Below are positions 28,209-37,364 of a DNA stretch of 64,000 bases, piece after piece. The notes under the pieces are model-generated. The model had not been told where the DNA came from and searched no databases. It saw only the letters and a list, made by a program, of their open reading frames with translations. Every line of letters starts with the position of its first letter. Position 1 is the stretch's first letter. The DNA is taken from positions 20,602-84,601 of the forward strand of contig CAZBPG010000005.1 in the NCBI GenBank assembly GCA_964493695.1, given 5' to 3'. Source of the DNA: an uncultured Chitinophaga sp. GTDB lineage: Bacteria; Bacteroidota; Bacteroidia; Chitinophagales; LD1. The position numbers and the translations under genes are program-made.

Positions 28209-29540
28209 ATGGATTCGTTAGATCTGCTTTTGCTCCCACTTTACATAGCAATTGTTTATTTCGTTGCTACACAGATTAAAAGCCGACATTCTGGAGATCC
28301 TATTTACCAGCGATACTTCGTAAAGGGTTTACAATACAAAATTGTAGGCACTTTGGGCTTTGCCTTAATCTACCTTCTTTACTATAAGGGTGGTGACAGT
28401 ATAAGTTATTTTCTTGCCACCAAACCTTTGTTTAACTTAGCGCTCAATTCGCCCGAAAGGTACCTTGCTTTTGTAGGTAATTCTACGAGTGCTTACCCAC
28501 AAGAATGTTGGTATGATTGCTGGATGGTGGGAGTTGATTATTTGTTGCGAAGCAATACGACTCTCACCGTAATTCGAATTACATCTATTATCAATTTGTT
28601 TTGCTTTAACTCTTATATTGTTTGCTGTATAGTTATAAGTTTTATATCCTACATTTTCATTTTCAAAACATTTCGCCTTTTCGTAGCTATTTACCCTGCC
28701 TTAGAAAAAGAGTTTTCCATTGCCTTTCTTATGATCCCATCTGTTATTTTTTGGGGATCAGCAGTTGGCAAGGACGTTATAATGTTTAGCGGTATCATGT
28801 ATTCTTTTTATTGCTTTTATCAACTTATCATATTGAAAAAGGATATAGTCTCGAATATATTTAAACTCTTAGTTACTGCTTACTTGATCTCACTAGTCCG
28901 TGGATTTATCATCATTACATTAACACCTTGCTTGATACTCATGGCTGCCATTTATTATCGTAATGCGTTTAGAAATCCTGTTATACGATTTATTGCGCTT
29001 CCTCTTTTTTTAGCCGGAGGACTGATAGCCTCTTATTTATTCATCCAAAACATTGGAAATACTATGCAATCATATAGTTTAGATTCTATGCAAAAAACTG
29101 CGGAAGGTTTTAAAAGTTGGCATAATACTTTGGGGCAAAGAAGTGAAACCTCCGCTTATTCATTAGGTGATGGCGTAAATTACAGTACTGCCGGAATTCT
29201 GCGGAAAGCTCCTTTAGCTATCGCTATTACTTTGTTTGGACCTTTCGTTTGGCAAATACGAAATATAGTTATGTTAATGTCAGGTGCCGAAAGTTTGATC
29301 TTTCTCTATTATTTCTTTCGGGTATTTATAAATGTTCGGGCGTACCGTGCAATCGGAATCTTGTTTCGTGACCACATCATTATGTTTTGTATTCCTTTCA
29401 TTATTATCATTGCCCTTGCTATTGGTTTAACCAGCTTTAATTATGGTGCCTTGGTGAGGTATAAAATTCCCATATTACCTTTCTTTGTCGTACTGCTTGC
29501 GGTTACACGCTATAGAATTAATGTAGCGCGAAACGATTAA
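28209..29540 (+). CDS. polytopic inner-membrane protein (possible O-antigen polymerase/ligase-like); first gene of the glycan locus
   Basis: 443 aa with at least 10 hydrophobic segments and no recognisable catalytic motif. The functional assignment rests on context only. Confidence 0.5.
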   Translation: MDSLDLLLLPLYIAIVYFVATQIKSRHSGDPIYQRYFVKGLQYKIVGTLGFALIYLLYYKGGDSISYFLATKPLFNLALNSPERYLAFVGNSTSAYPQECWYDCWMVGVDYLLRSNTTLTVIRITSIINLFCFNSYIVCCIVISFISYIFIFKTFRLFVAIYPALEKEFSIAFLMIPSVIFWGSAVGKDVIMFSGIMYSFYCFYQLIILKKDIVSNIFKLLVTAYLISLVRGFIIITLTPCLILMAAIYYRNAFRNPVIRFIALPLFLAGGLIASYLFIQNIGNTMQSYSLDSMQKTAEGFKSWHNTLGQRSETSAYSLGDGVNYSTAGILRKAPLAIAITLFGPFVWQIRNIVMLMSGAESLIFLYYFFRVFINVRAYRAIGILFRDHIIMFCIPFIIIIALAIGLTSFNYGALVRYKIPILPFFVVLLAVTRYRINVARND

Positions 29541-29556
29541 AGATAAATACCCTCTT

Positions 29557-30648
29557 ATGATTCCTGTTACCAAATCATTTCTCCCTCCAATTGAAAAATA
29601 CTTTGAATACATTAAAAGTATCTGGCGTAGCGGGTATCTAACCAACAATGGTCCGTTGCTAATGGAACTTGAAGAGAGTTTGAAAAAATTCTGCGGAGCC
29701 AAATATTTCGTTTTTCTAAACAACGGAACCGCAGCATTACAAATTGCCATCAAAGGAATGGAATTGAAGGGTGAAATCGTTACTACGCCTTTTTCGTACA
29801 TTGCTACTACTTCTTCTATTGTGTGGGAAAACTGTCGACCTGTCTTTGCTGATATTGATTTAGCAACCCTTAATATAAATCCTTCAAAAATTGAAAAACT
29901 GATTACCCCAAAAACCTCCGCCATTCTTGCTACACATGTATATGGAATCCCTTGTAATGTTGAAGCAATTGAAAATATAGCGAAGAAGTACAAACTTAAA
30001 GTAATTTACGATGCCGCTCATGCGTTTGGAGTAAAGTATAAAGATATCCCTCTGGTAAATTATGGCGATACCTCAACCTTAAGTTTCCATGCTACTAAAC
30101 TTTTTCATACTGTAGAAGGTGGCGCTTTGATTACGAATGATGAAAACATCGCACACCGATTTTCATACCTACGAAACTTTGGACATAAAGGTCAGGAAGA
30201 TTTTTGGGGGCTGGGCATCAATGCCAAAAACTCGGAATTCCATTCAGCGATGGGTTTATGTGTACTACCTTATGTTGAGGATATTATTAAAAAAAGGAAG
30301 TATCTCTCAGCATTGTACGATGAATTCCTATTGAATAATAAAACGACCATCAGGCGTCCGGTCTTACCTGCTAACACCGAATACAATTATTCGTACTACC
30401 CGGTTATTTTTGAAAGCGAAAAAACATTATTGAGTGTACGTGACTCATTAAATGCAGATTTTATTTACCCCCGCAGATACTTTTATCCAAGTTTGTCGAA
30501 AGTGAATTATGTACAAAAACAGTCGGTTCCAACGAGTGAGGACATTTCTAAACGTGTTTTATGTTTGCCTTTGTATTATGAATTAGAAGCAGAGCAAGTA
30601 AACCGAATTTGCGAGATTGTTCTTCACGTACTCCACTTTAAATCATAG
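29557..30648 (+). CDS. DegT/DnrJ/EryC1/StrS-family sugar aminotransferase
   Basis: 363 aa. Motifs include NNGTAALQIAIKG, VTTPFSYIATTS, IYDAAHAFG and SFHATKLFHTVEGGALI, the last carrying the PLP lysine. Confidence 0.9.
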   Translation: MIPVTKSFLPPIEKYFEYIKSIWRSGYLTNNGPLLMELEESLKKFCGAKYFVFLNNGTAALQIAIKGMELKGEIVTTPFSYIATTSSIVWENCRPVFADIDLATLNINPSKIEKLITPKTSAILATHVYGIPCNVEAIENIAKKYKLKVIYDAAHAFGVKYKDIPLVNYGDTSTLSFHATKLFHTVEGGALITNDENIAHRFSYLRNFGHKGQEDFWGLGINAKNSEFHSAMGLCVLPYVEDIIKKRKYLSALYDEFLLNNKTTIRRPVLPANTEYNYSYYPVIFESEKTLLSVRDSLNADFIYPRRYFYPSLSKVNYVQKQSVPTSEDISKRVLCLPLYYELEAEQVNRICEIVLHVLHFKS

Positions 30649-30683
30649 TTTAAAAAGATAGATTCGCCTCCCTATAAGAAGCC

Positions 30684-31529
30684 ATGACAAATAAGGACGC
30701 AAATGACGAATGGTCACAGGTTTTAGAACCGACTTCTAATCCTTTAAAACTTAACTTTCGCGAGTTGTGGCATTACCGCGATTTGATTTTTCTTTTCGTA
30801 AAAAGAGATTTTGTTGCAGTATACAAGCAAACCGTCTTAGGACCGCTTTGGCATTTTATTCAGCCCCTTTTTGCAAGTGCGGTGTATGTTATCTTTGGCT
30901 CTTTTGCAAATATTCCAACCGATGAACTGCCCCGTGTTTTATTCTGTCTTTCGGGGGTAATACTTTGGAATTATTTCTCATCCTGCCTTACTAAAACATC
31001 CAACACCTTTATTGGTAATGCGCATATTTTCGGCAAAGTGTATTTCCCGCGCTTAGCTATTCCCATTTCAGTTGTCATTTCAAACCTGATGAGTTTTTTC
31101 ATTCAGTTACTGCTGTTAATTCCGTTTCTGTTTTATTACCGCAACAACATTCAACCAAATATTTTTCTGTTTACGCTACCCATATGGGTCGCTGTTATTG
31201 CTATGATGGGACTCGGGTTTGGCGTCATTGTTTCCTCATTAACAATTAAATACCGCGACCTAATTTATCTTATCTCATTCAGTGTACAGTTAGCCATGTA
31301 TGCCACACCGGTCATCTATCCGCTATCATTAATTCCTAAACGATTTCAATTTATTGCTTCGCTTAATCCCGTTTCACCGGTAATGGAAGTCTTCAGATAT
31401 GCTCTTTTGGGTAAAGGAACGTTCACCCATGCAAGCGTTTGGTATAGTATTGGGTTTGCCGTAGCAATTATGGTGATTGGCATTGTACTCTTTAACCAAG
31501 CCGAGAAAGATTTTATGGATACAGTTTAG
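30684..31529 (+). CDS. wzm: ABC-2 type polysaccharide export permease (Wzm-like)
   Basis: 281 aa with about six TM segments. The N-terminal ...WHYRDLIFLFVKRDFVAVYKQTVLGPLW pattern is typical of Wzm/TagG. It is paired with a Wzt-like ATPase. Confidence 0.85.
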   Translation: MTNKDANDEWSQVLEPTSNPLKLNFRELWHYRDLIFLFVKRDFVAVYKQTVLGPLWHFIQPLFASAVYVIFGSFANIPTDELPRVLFCLSGVILWNYFSSCLTKTSNTFIGNAHIFGKVYFPRLAIPISVVISNLMSFFIQLLLLIPFLFYYRNNIQPNIFLFTLPIWVAVIAMMGLGFGVIVSSLTIKYRDLIYLISFSVQLAMYATPVIYPLSLIPKRFQFIASLNPVSPVMEVFRYALLGKGTFTHASVWYSIGFAVAIMVIGIVLFNQAEKDFMDTV

Positions 31530-31537
31530 AAGAAACC

Positions 31538-32779
31538 ATGAGTATTGTAATTAAAGCGGAAACAGTTTCGAAGGTGTACAACTTGGGCACAATTAGTTCC
31601 GGCACATTGGCGCAGGATATCAGTCGGATGTTGGCGCGTATGTCAGGCGAGCAAGATCCTCTGAAAAAAGTGCATGAAAACTACAATGATGATACTATTC
31701 ATGTTGCTCTTCGTGATGTTAATTTTGAAGTAAGGGATGGGGAGGTGCTTGGTATTGTAGGTAAAAATGGAGCCGGCAAAAGCACACTACTTAAAATCCT
31801 TTCACGTATTACTGCGCCTACGCATGGCACTGTTAAGATGAAAGGTAGGGTAGCGAGTTTACTGGAAGTTGGAACTGGATTTCATCCGGAACTTACCGGC
31901 CGTGAGAATATTTATCTGAATGGTGCGATATTGGGTATGTCGCAGGGAGAAGTGACTAGGAAGTTTGATGAGATTGTTGATTTCAGCGGTGTTGAAAAGT
32001 TTATTAACACTCCTGTAAAGCGGTACAGTAGTGGTATGTATGTACGTCTTGCGTTTGCAGTAGCCGCACATTTAGAACCTGAGATTTTGATTGTAGATGA
32101 AGTACTAGCTGTGGGTGATGCTGATTTTCAGAAAAAATGCCTAGGCAAAATGAAAGATGTTTCTGCCAACCAAGGAAGAACAGTGCTATTCGTAAGCCAT
32201 AATATGACTGCTGTAAAAAATCTATGTACCAGGGCTATTTTTCTAAAGCAAGGGCAATTAGTCAAGTCAGGAACTGCCGATGATGTAATAAACCACTACC
32301 AAAGCAATGAGTTTAGGGATAGTTTTGAACAAAGTTGGGAATATGCGCACGCCCCTGGCAATGAGTGGATAAAAGCAAAAAGCATCAGAGCTGTGCCAAA
32401 ATTTTTAGAAGGACAATCAATGATTACACCTGCAACCCCTATCAATATTGAATACGAATTTTGGAGCGAGAAAGAAGAAGAGGACATAAATTTAAGTATG
32501 ACGCTCTACAACGTTTCGGGCGATCCGGTTTTTAATGTAGTGTCACCAATAGTACGAATGAAAAAAGGGTTGCATAAAGGTGTTTGCCGAATTCCGGAAA
32601 ATTTATTGAACGATGATTATTACACTATTTCCATGCTTGCTGTTAGAGAACAGGAACTTCCTCTCTTTTGCCTTGAAAACAGTCTGTCTTTCGAAGTAAT
32701 AGAAGACAGAGCGACCAATAACTGGCATTACAAGTGGGTAGGCTATGTAAGACCCAAACTTGAATTTACTTTGGAATAA
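31538..32779 (+). CDS. wzt: polysaccharide ABC transporter ATP-binding protein with a C-terminal carbohydrate-binding extension (Wzt-like)
   Basis: Walker A is GKNGAGKST, the signature is YSSGMYVRLAF and Walker B is ILIVDEVLAVGD. An extra ~165-aa beta-rich C-terminal domain follows. Confidence 0.9.
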   Translation: MSIVIKAETVSKVYNLGTISSGTLAQDISRMLARMSGEQDPLKKVHENYNDDTIHVALRDVNFEVRDGEVLGIVGKNGAGKSTLLKILSRITAPTHGTVKMKGRVASLLEVGTGFHPELTGRENIYLNGAILGMSQGEVTRKFDEIVDFSGVEKFINTPVKRYSSGMYVRLAFAVAAHLEPEILIVDEVLAVGDADFQKKCLGKMKDVSANQGRTVLFVSHNMTAVKNLCTRAIFLKQGQLVKSGTADDVINHYQSNEFRDSFEQSWEYAHAPGNEWIKAKSIRAVPKFLEGQSMITPATPINIEYEFWSEKEEEDINLSMTLYNVSGDPVFNVVSPIVRMKKGLHKGVCRIPENLLNDDYYTISMLAVREQELPLFCLENSLSFEVIEDRATNNWHYKWVGYVRPKLEFTLE

Positions 32780-32791
32780 AAAAACCACCCA

Positions 32792-33682
32792 CTACTTTTT
32801 CCTTAACACAGCTACTGATTGGTATCCGTAAGCTCCGTCAATAATCTGAAGCACTTCAAAAAAAGGTTGCACCCATTGTGTAAAATAAGCTTTTGAGAAA
32901 AAGACCTGCGACAAGTTATCGCGGTCAATCACCATCATGCCAAAGTTTTCCTTATTTTTCAGATATGTGGCGTTTTGGTGGAGATGGTTAGACAAATTAC
33001 TTTGACGGTAATCCGTGCCTAACATCTTAACGGTATTCTCATCGTGAATGGTTACATAAAAGACTCCTCCTATCTTAAGCACCCTGCGCACTTCCAGTAA
33101 CCAAGCCTCGGCAAGGTCATCAATATGTGTAAACACCGAGCCACAATATATGAGGTTAAAGTAATTACTTTCAAACGGCAAGTGAGGAATTAGAGTAGTG
33201 GTTGCATAGTTAGCCGTGTCACCAATGTTTTGTTTGCACCAGTAAATCAGTTTGGCATCAATATCCAAACCCCATAACTCCGAATCATTAAAATGCTGAT
33301 TCATATTTCGCAACATTCGTGCGCAGCCACACCCTAAATCGAGCACCTTCTGATTATTTCTTTCTGAATAACCGGAGGCTATAAGATTATCATTCATTTT
33401 CTTCACGTCATCTATGCCAGACTGAATGTATTCTGCTTCGGTTTTTCCGTAGCCTAACCAGTATTCTACAGGTGGTATGTTTTTACTGCTATCTTTTCCT
33501 GTAATATTCGGAAGGGTATAATCAAGGTCTCTTTTGTAGGGCATGTATTTTATGAGCGAAGTCTGATTATCATACAATCCGCCAAACCGGAGTTTAAGAG
33601 TGGGCTCAACCACTTTTGCCTGAAGCATTTTGCTTAGTCTGGTTTTAAAAGAGGCGGGAATTATTACTGATAAAAGACCCAT
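32792..33682 (-). CDS. class I SAM-dependent methyltransferase
   Basis: Motif I is VLDLGCGCARML, followed by FNLIYCGSVFTHI. The start is uncertain: ATG at 33682, track TTG at 33748, or another ATG at 33628. Confidence 0.75.
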   Translation of the reverse strand: MGLLSVIIPASFKTRLSKMLQAKVVEPTLKLRFGGLYDNQTSLIKYMPYKRDLDYTLPNITGKDSSKNIPPVEYWLGYGKTEAEYIQSGIDDVKKMNDNLIASGYSERNNQKVLDLGCGCARMLRNMNQHFNDSELWGLDIDAKLIYWCKQNIGDTANYATTTLIPHLPFESNYFNLIYCGSVFTHIDDLAEAWLLEVRRVLKIGGVFYVTIHDENTVKMLGTDYRQSNLSNHLHQNATYLKNKENFGMMVIDRDNLSQVFFSKAYFTQWVQPFFEVLQIIDGAYGYQSVAVLRKK

Positions 33683-33822
33683 AGCACTTACATGTTTTAC
33701 TGCTGCAATAATATCATTATTCAAAAGAATATCAACCGAAAAAGCCAATTGCCTCTTAGCCTACGGTGAGTATTGCCTTGAATTGAATCAAAAAAATTAT
33801 TTTCGAAAACAACTTTCCTTGC

Positions 33823-34557
33823 ATGGTACTTTTTCGAAAAGTTTTGGTGGTATCAGATAACCTTTTTCTTATTAGTCATTTCCATTCTCTGGTAAGTCCG
33901 TTTACCGAAACAGAAGTGACTTACTGTTGCTCTCCGGGTAAAACTTCGTTATTGGACAACCCTTTGCTGCCGGTAAAAGTATTTGCCATTGATATGAAAA
34001 AGGACCAGACCGGATTACCCAGCAAATACGACCTTATTTTTTCATTGCACTGCAAGCAACTTTTTCCTGCTGAATTGATAAAAAAAATAAAGTGCATCAA
34101 TGTTCATCCTGGCTTCAATCCTTACAACCGTGGCTGGTTTCCTCAGGTATTTTCCATTGTAAACGGAATGAAAGCCGGTGCCACCATTCACGAAATTGAT
34201 GAGCAACTAGACCACGGTGCCATCATTGCCCAAAGGGAAGTGCCGATAGAAAGTTACGATACTTCTATGAGCGTATACGAAAAAATTCAAACCGCAGAGG
34301 TAGAATTGCTTAAAGAGAATCTTGAAAATATTCTATCCAACAATTATTCCACCTTTTTACCCAAAGAAGAAGGTAAAGTGAACCTGAAAAAAGATTTTAA
34401 TGCACTTTGCAAGATTGATCTAAACAAAAGAGTAACCATGAAGTGGGCACTTGATTATTTACGAGCATTAACACACGGAGATTACAAAAACGCTTACTTT
34501 ATAGATGAACATACCGGATCAAAAGTTTTTGTAACTCTTCGTTTAGAAAAGGAATAA
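33823..34557 (+). CDS. sugar N-formyltransferase (formyl_transf_N family; WbtJ/VioF/WlaRD-like)
   Basis: 244 aa. CINVHPGFNPYNRGWFP and GATIHEIDEQLDHGAII match the HxxLxP..RG and catalytic Asp regions of formyltransferases. There is no tRNA-binding C-terminal domain. Confidence 0.7.
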   Translation: MVLFRKVLVVSDNLFLISHFHSLVSPFTETEVTYCCSPGKTSLLDNPLLPVKVFAIDMKKDQTGLPSKYDLIFSLHCKQLFPAELIKKIKCINVHPGFNPYNRGWFPQVFSIVNGMKAGATIHEIDEQLDHGAIIAQREVPIESYDTSMSVYEKIQTAEVELLKENLENILSNNYSTFLPKEEGKVNLKKDFNALCKIDLNKRVTMKWALDYLRALTHGDYKNAYFIDEHTGSKVFVTLRLEKE

Positions 34558-34564
34558 ACGTACA

Positions 34565-35413
34565 ATGCAAATGGCGGAAGTAAGCATCTGCATCATTTCC
34601 TATAATCAGGAAAAATATATTGAACAGGCTATTCAAAGTGCGCTGATGCAGCAATGCAACTTCGAGGTTGAGATTATTGTTTGTGACGATAACTCTACTG
34701 ACAACACCGCAACTGTTATTCAGACATATGCCCAAAAGCATCCTCAAAAAATAAAATCGTTTCCCGCTGAGCAAAACATGGGCATGTTGCGCAACTGGGA
34801 GCGTGCGTTAAACCTATGCACAGGAAAGTACATTGCACTTTTGGAAGGCGATGATTTCTGGAACGATGAAAACAAACTGCAAAAACAATATCAGATTCTT
34901 GAAACACACCCCGACTATTCAATTTGCTTTACTAATGCCTACTACAAAAATGAAGACGGACAAGAAGGATTTCCTTATTATGTAACCCTTTCCGGCACTA
35001 CTTATACTACGCTTGACCTGCTGACTTACAATTTTATTCCCACCTGCTCGGTGCTTATGCGAAACAACATCTCCGGTACATTTTTCCATCCTGCTTATTT
35101 CAACAGTCCCTTTGCCGACTGGGTTATCCATATACTTAATTCACAATTCGGGAAAACTTATTTTCTAAATGAGTTTACCTGCACCTACCGTGTGCATCAA
35201 TCGGGAGTATGGGGAGGTATAACAGAGGAGAAGCAATTACTAGATAAACTGCAGGCCATTGAGTGCATTGAAAAAATTATTCAGAATGAAAATTTAAAGC
35301 CCGCTGTAAAAGCTAGCCACCGGCAAGCGCTGCAAAAACTTTGCGCATACTACATAAGCAAGACGAAAAGGCTCAGCTATTTGAAATACAGAATTAAATT
35401 GTTGCTGAATTGA
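34565..35413 (+). CDS. glycosyltransferase family 2
   Basis: VSICIISYNQEKYIEQAIQSAL.Q......EIIVCDDNSTDNT is followed by LEGDDFW (DxD). Confidence 0.85.
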   Translation: MQMAEVSICIISYNQEKYIEQAIQSALMQQCNFEVEIIVCDDNSTDNTATVIQTYAQKHPQKIKSFPAEQNMGMLRNWERALNLCTGKYIALLEGDDFWNDENKLQKQYQILETHPDYSICFTNAYYKNEDGQEGFPYYVTLSGTTYTTLDLLTYNFIPTCSVLMRNNISGTFFHPAYFNSPFADWVIHILNSQFGKTYFLNEFTCTYRVHQSGVWGGITEEKQLLDKLQAIECIEKIIQNENLKPAVKASHRQALQKLCAYYISKTKRLSYLKYRIKLLLN

Positions 35414-36438
35414 GAACAAAAAAAGGAATTTCAGTTGTTATTTGCTGTTATAACAGCGCTAACCGGCTGCCCGAAACACTGGCACATTTGCTTAAACAAC
35501 AAGCAAGCAGTTTTGATTGGGAAGTGATAGTGGTTGACAATGCATCTACCGACTCAACAACAGCTCTCGCGCAACAAATACTTTCCACAAAACTACCCAC
35601 CGAAAAGTATAAAGTAGTGCAGGAGCCGGAACCAGGTTTAAGCAGCGCACGCAGAAAAGGATACCTGACCTCCCGTTACAAGTATCTGCTTTTTTGTGAT
35701 GATGATAATTGGATGAAAGAAGATTACCTGCAACTTGCCTTCGATACAATGGAACAAAACATTACCATAGGAATACTGGGAGGTGCCGGTGAGGCAGTGT
35801 TTGAAAAAGAAAAACCTTTTTGGTTCGACACTTATAAGTTAAATTTTGCTGTTGGCAAACAATCAAACGAAGTCGATACAATTTCAAAAACCGAAACCGT
35901 GTACGGGGCAGGGTTTATTGTACGCAGACAGATATTCGAAATGCTTGATGCTATTCAGTTCAAAAGTTTACTCTCCGACCGAAAGGGTAACGAACTGATG
36001 AGCGGAGGTGACACAGAACTTTGTCTTGTTACAAAATACTTAGGGTATGAAGTAGGCTGTTCGAGCAAACTTCATTTCAAACATTTAATGCCTGAAGATA
36101 GAATGAAATGGGATTATCTGAAAAAACTTTATTATGGTTTTGGAAGAAGCCGGTTGTATACACAGGCTTATAAACAGATTGAAAACTGCAACATGGTTCC
36201 AGGATCAAATCTTCGATATGCCTTGTGGCTCGATAAATATGTTCACCGCTTAAAAGAAATGAAATATTTTCTGCCGCAGGTGTTGTTCAAATTGAATCAA
36301 GAAGGTGATGATACCGTGTTGAGATATCTTGCTTTAATAGGGGAACTACATGAACTTGGCAGATTAAAAAATGAATATACAGACATTTTTAAAAAAATTT
36401 TGTCTTTAAAAGAAAGCATATCTGCCTTGAAGAAATAA
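35410..36438 (+). CDS. glycosyltransferase family 2
   Basis: ISVVICCYNSANRLPETLAHL.....WEVIVVDNASTDST is followed by FCDDDN. A TTG start is forced because an in-frame TAA lies at 35395-35397 and there is no ATG before the GT2 core. Confidence 0.85.
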   Translation: MRTKKGISVVICCYNSANRLPETLAHLLKQQASSFDWEVIVVDNASTDSTTALAQQILSTKLPTEKYKVVQEPEPGLSSARRKGYLTSRYKYLLFCDDDNWMKEDYLQLAFDTMEQNITIGILGGAGEAVFEKEKPFWFDTYKLNFAVGKQSNEVDTISKTETVYGAGFIVRRQIFEMLDAIQFKSLLSDRKGNELMSGGDTELCLVTKYLGYEVGCSSKLHFKHLMPEDRMKWDYLKKLYYGFGRSRLYTQAYKQIENCNMVPGSNLRYALWLDKYVHRLKEMKYFLPQVLFKLNQEGDDTVLRYLALIGELHELGRLKNEYTDIFKKILSLKESISALKK

Positions 36439-36440
36439 GC

Positions 36441-37364
36441 ATGAAAAAACCTTACTTTTCAATAGTCTTACCTACTTATAATCGAGCGCACTTGCTTTCC
36501 AGAGCTATAGAATCAGTGTTGACTCAAACTTTTACCGAATGGGAACTGCTGATAGTTGACGATGGCAGTACGGATAACACAAAACAAGAAGTTGAAAAGT
36601 TTACTGATAACCGGATTCAATACATTTGGCAGCAAAATTGTGAGAGAAGTGCTGCAAGAAACAACGGCATTTCGCTTTCTAAGGGTGAATTTGTCTGCTT
36701 TTTGGATAGTGATGATTTATGGAGAGAAAATCATTTGCAAACTCACTTTAACAAGATAAAATCGTGTAACGAAAGCAAAGCATTTTACTTCACTGGTATG
36801 ACCTGGAATTTTCCCGATCGTAAACAGGATGTAATCTTCGAATCTCCTGAAGCGAAAAATCCGGTTGAATATGTCATTTCTAACCAGATTGGAACTCCCA
36901 CCGTTTGCATACATCATTCTATTCTTAAACTAATGAGATTTAATACTGCTTTGCGTATAAACGAAGATGTCGAGTTGTTTGCCCGCATTGTAGCCGAGTA
37001 TCCTTTTGTTCAGATCCCATTTTCTACAGTTGATGTACTCATTCATGAAGAAAATACCAAAGCAAAAGAAAAAGATTATATCTCTCCTCAGATTAAAGCA
37101 ATGGAAACTATTTTTGGGAATAGTGGATTAAAAAACAAAATCTCATACAGTTTCAAGAAAAAGTGTGTTCAAAATCTCCGCCATCAACTTATCAATCATT
37201 ATTTTTCCACCAAAGAGTATGCAAAAATGCGTAAAGAGATAGTGCGATTTTTGATTTTGTACCCAACACATTTTCAAAACAAATCGAAGATTGTATTATT
37301 GCTTTATTACTTACCTTGTGGTTTTTTTTTACAAAAGACAATCGCCAAACTAAAGCATAGATAA
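36441..37364 (+). CDS. glycosyltransferase family 2
   Basis: FSIVLPTYNRAHLLSRAIESVLTQTFTEWELLIVDDGSTDNT is followed by FLDSDD. Confidence 0.85.
   Translation: MKKPYFSIVLPTYNRAHLLSRAIESVLTQTFTEWELLIVDDGSTDNTKQEVEKFTDNRIQYIWQQNCERSAARNNGISLSKGEFVCFLDSDDLWRENHLQTHFNKIKSCNESKAFYFTGMTWNFPDRKQDVIFESPEAKNPVEYVISNQIGTPTVCIHHSILKLMRFNTALRINEDVELFARIVAEYPFVQIPFSTVDVLIHEENTKAKEKDYISPQIKAMETIFGNSGLKNKISYSFKKKCVQNLRHQLINHYFSTKEYAKMRKEIVRFLILYPTHFQNKSKIVLLLYYLPCGFFLQKTIAKLKHR

Noticed and set aside
29475-29993. 172-aa minus-strand ORF, and similar antisense ORFs (for example 61650-62036, 6580-6939, 20166-20528, 14997-15323, 56843-57157)
   Set aside because: Each is embedded antisense in a gene with strong family motifs and has low-complexity or odd composition. 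These are typical shadow ORFs.
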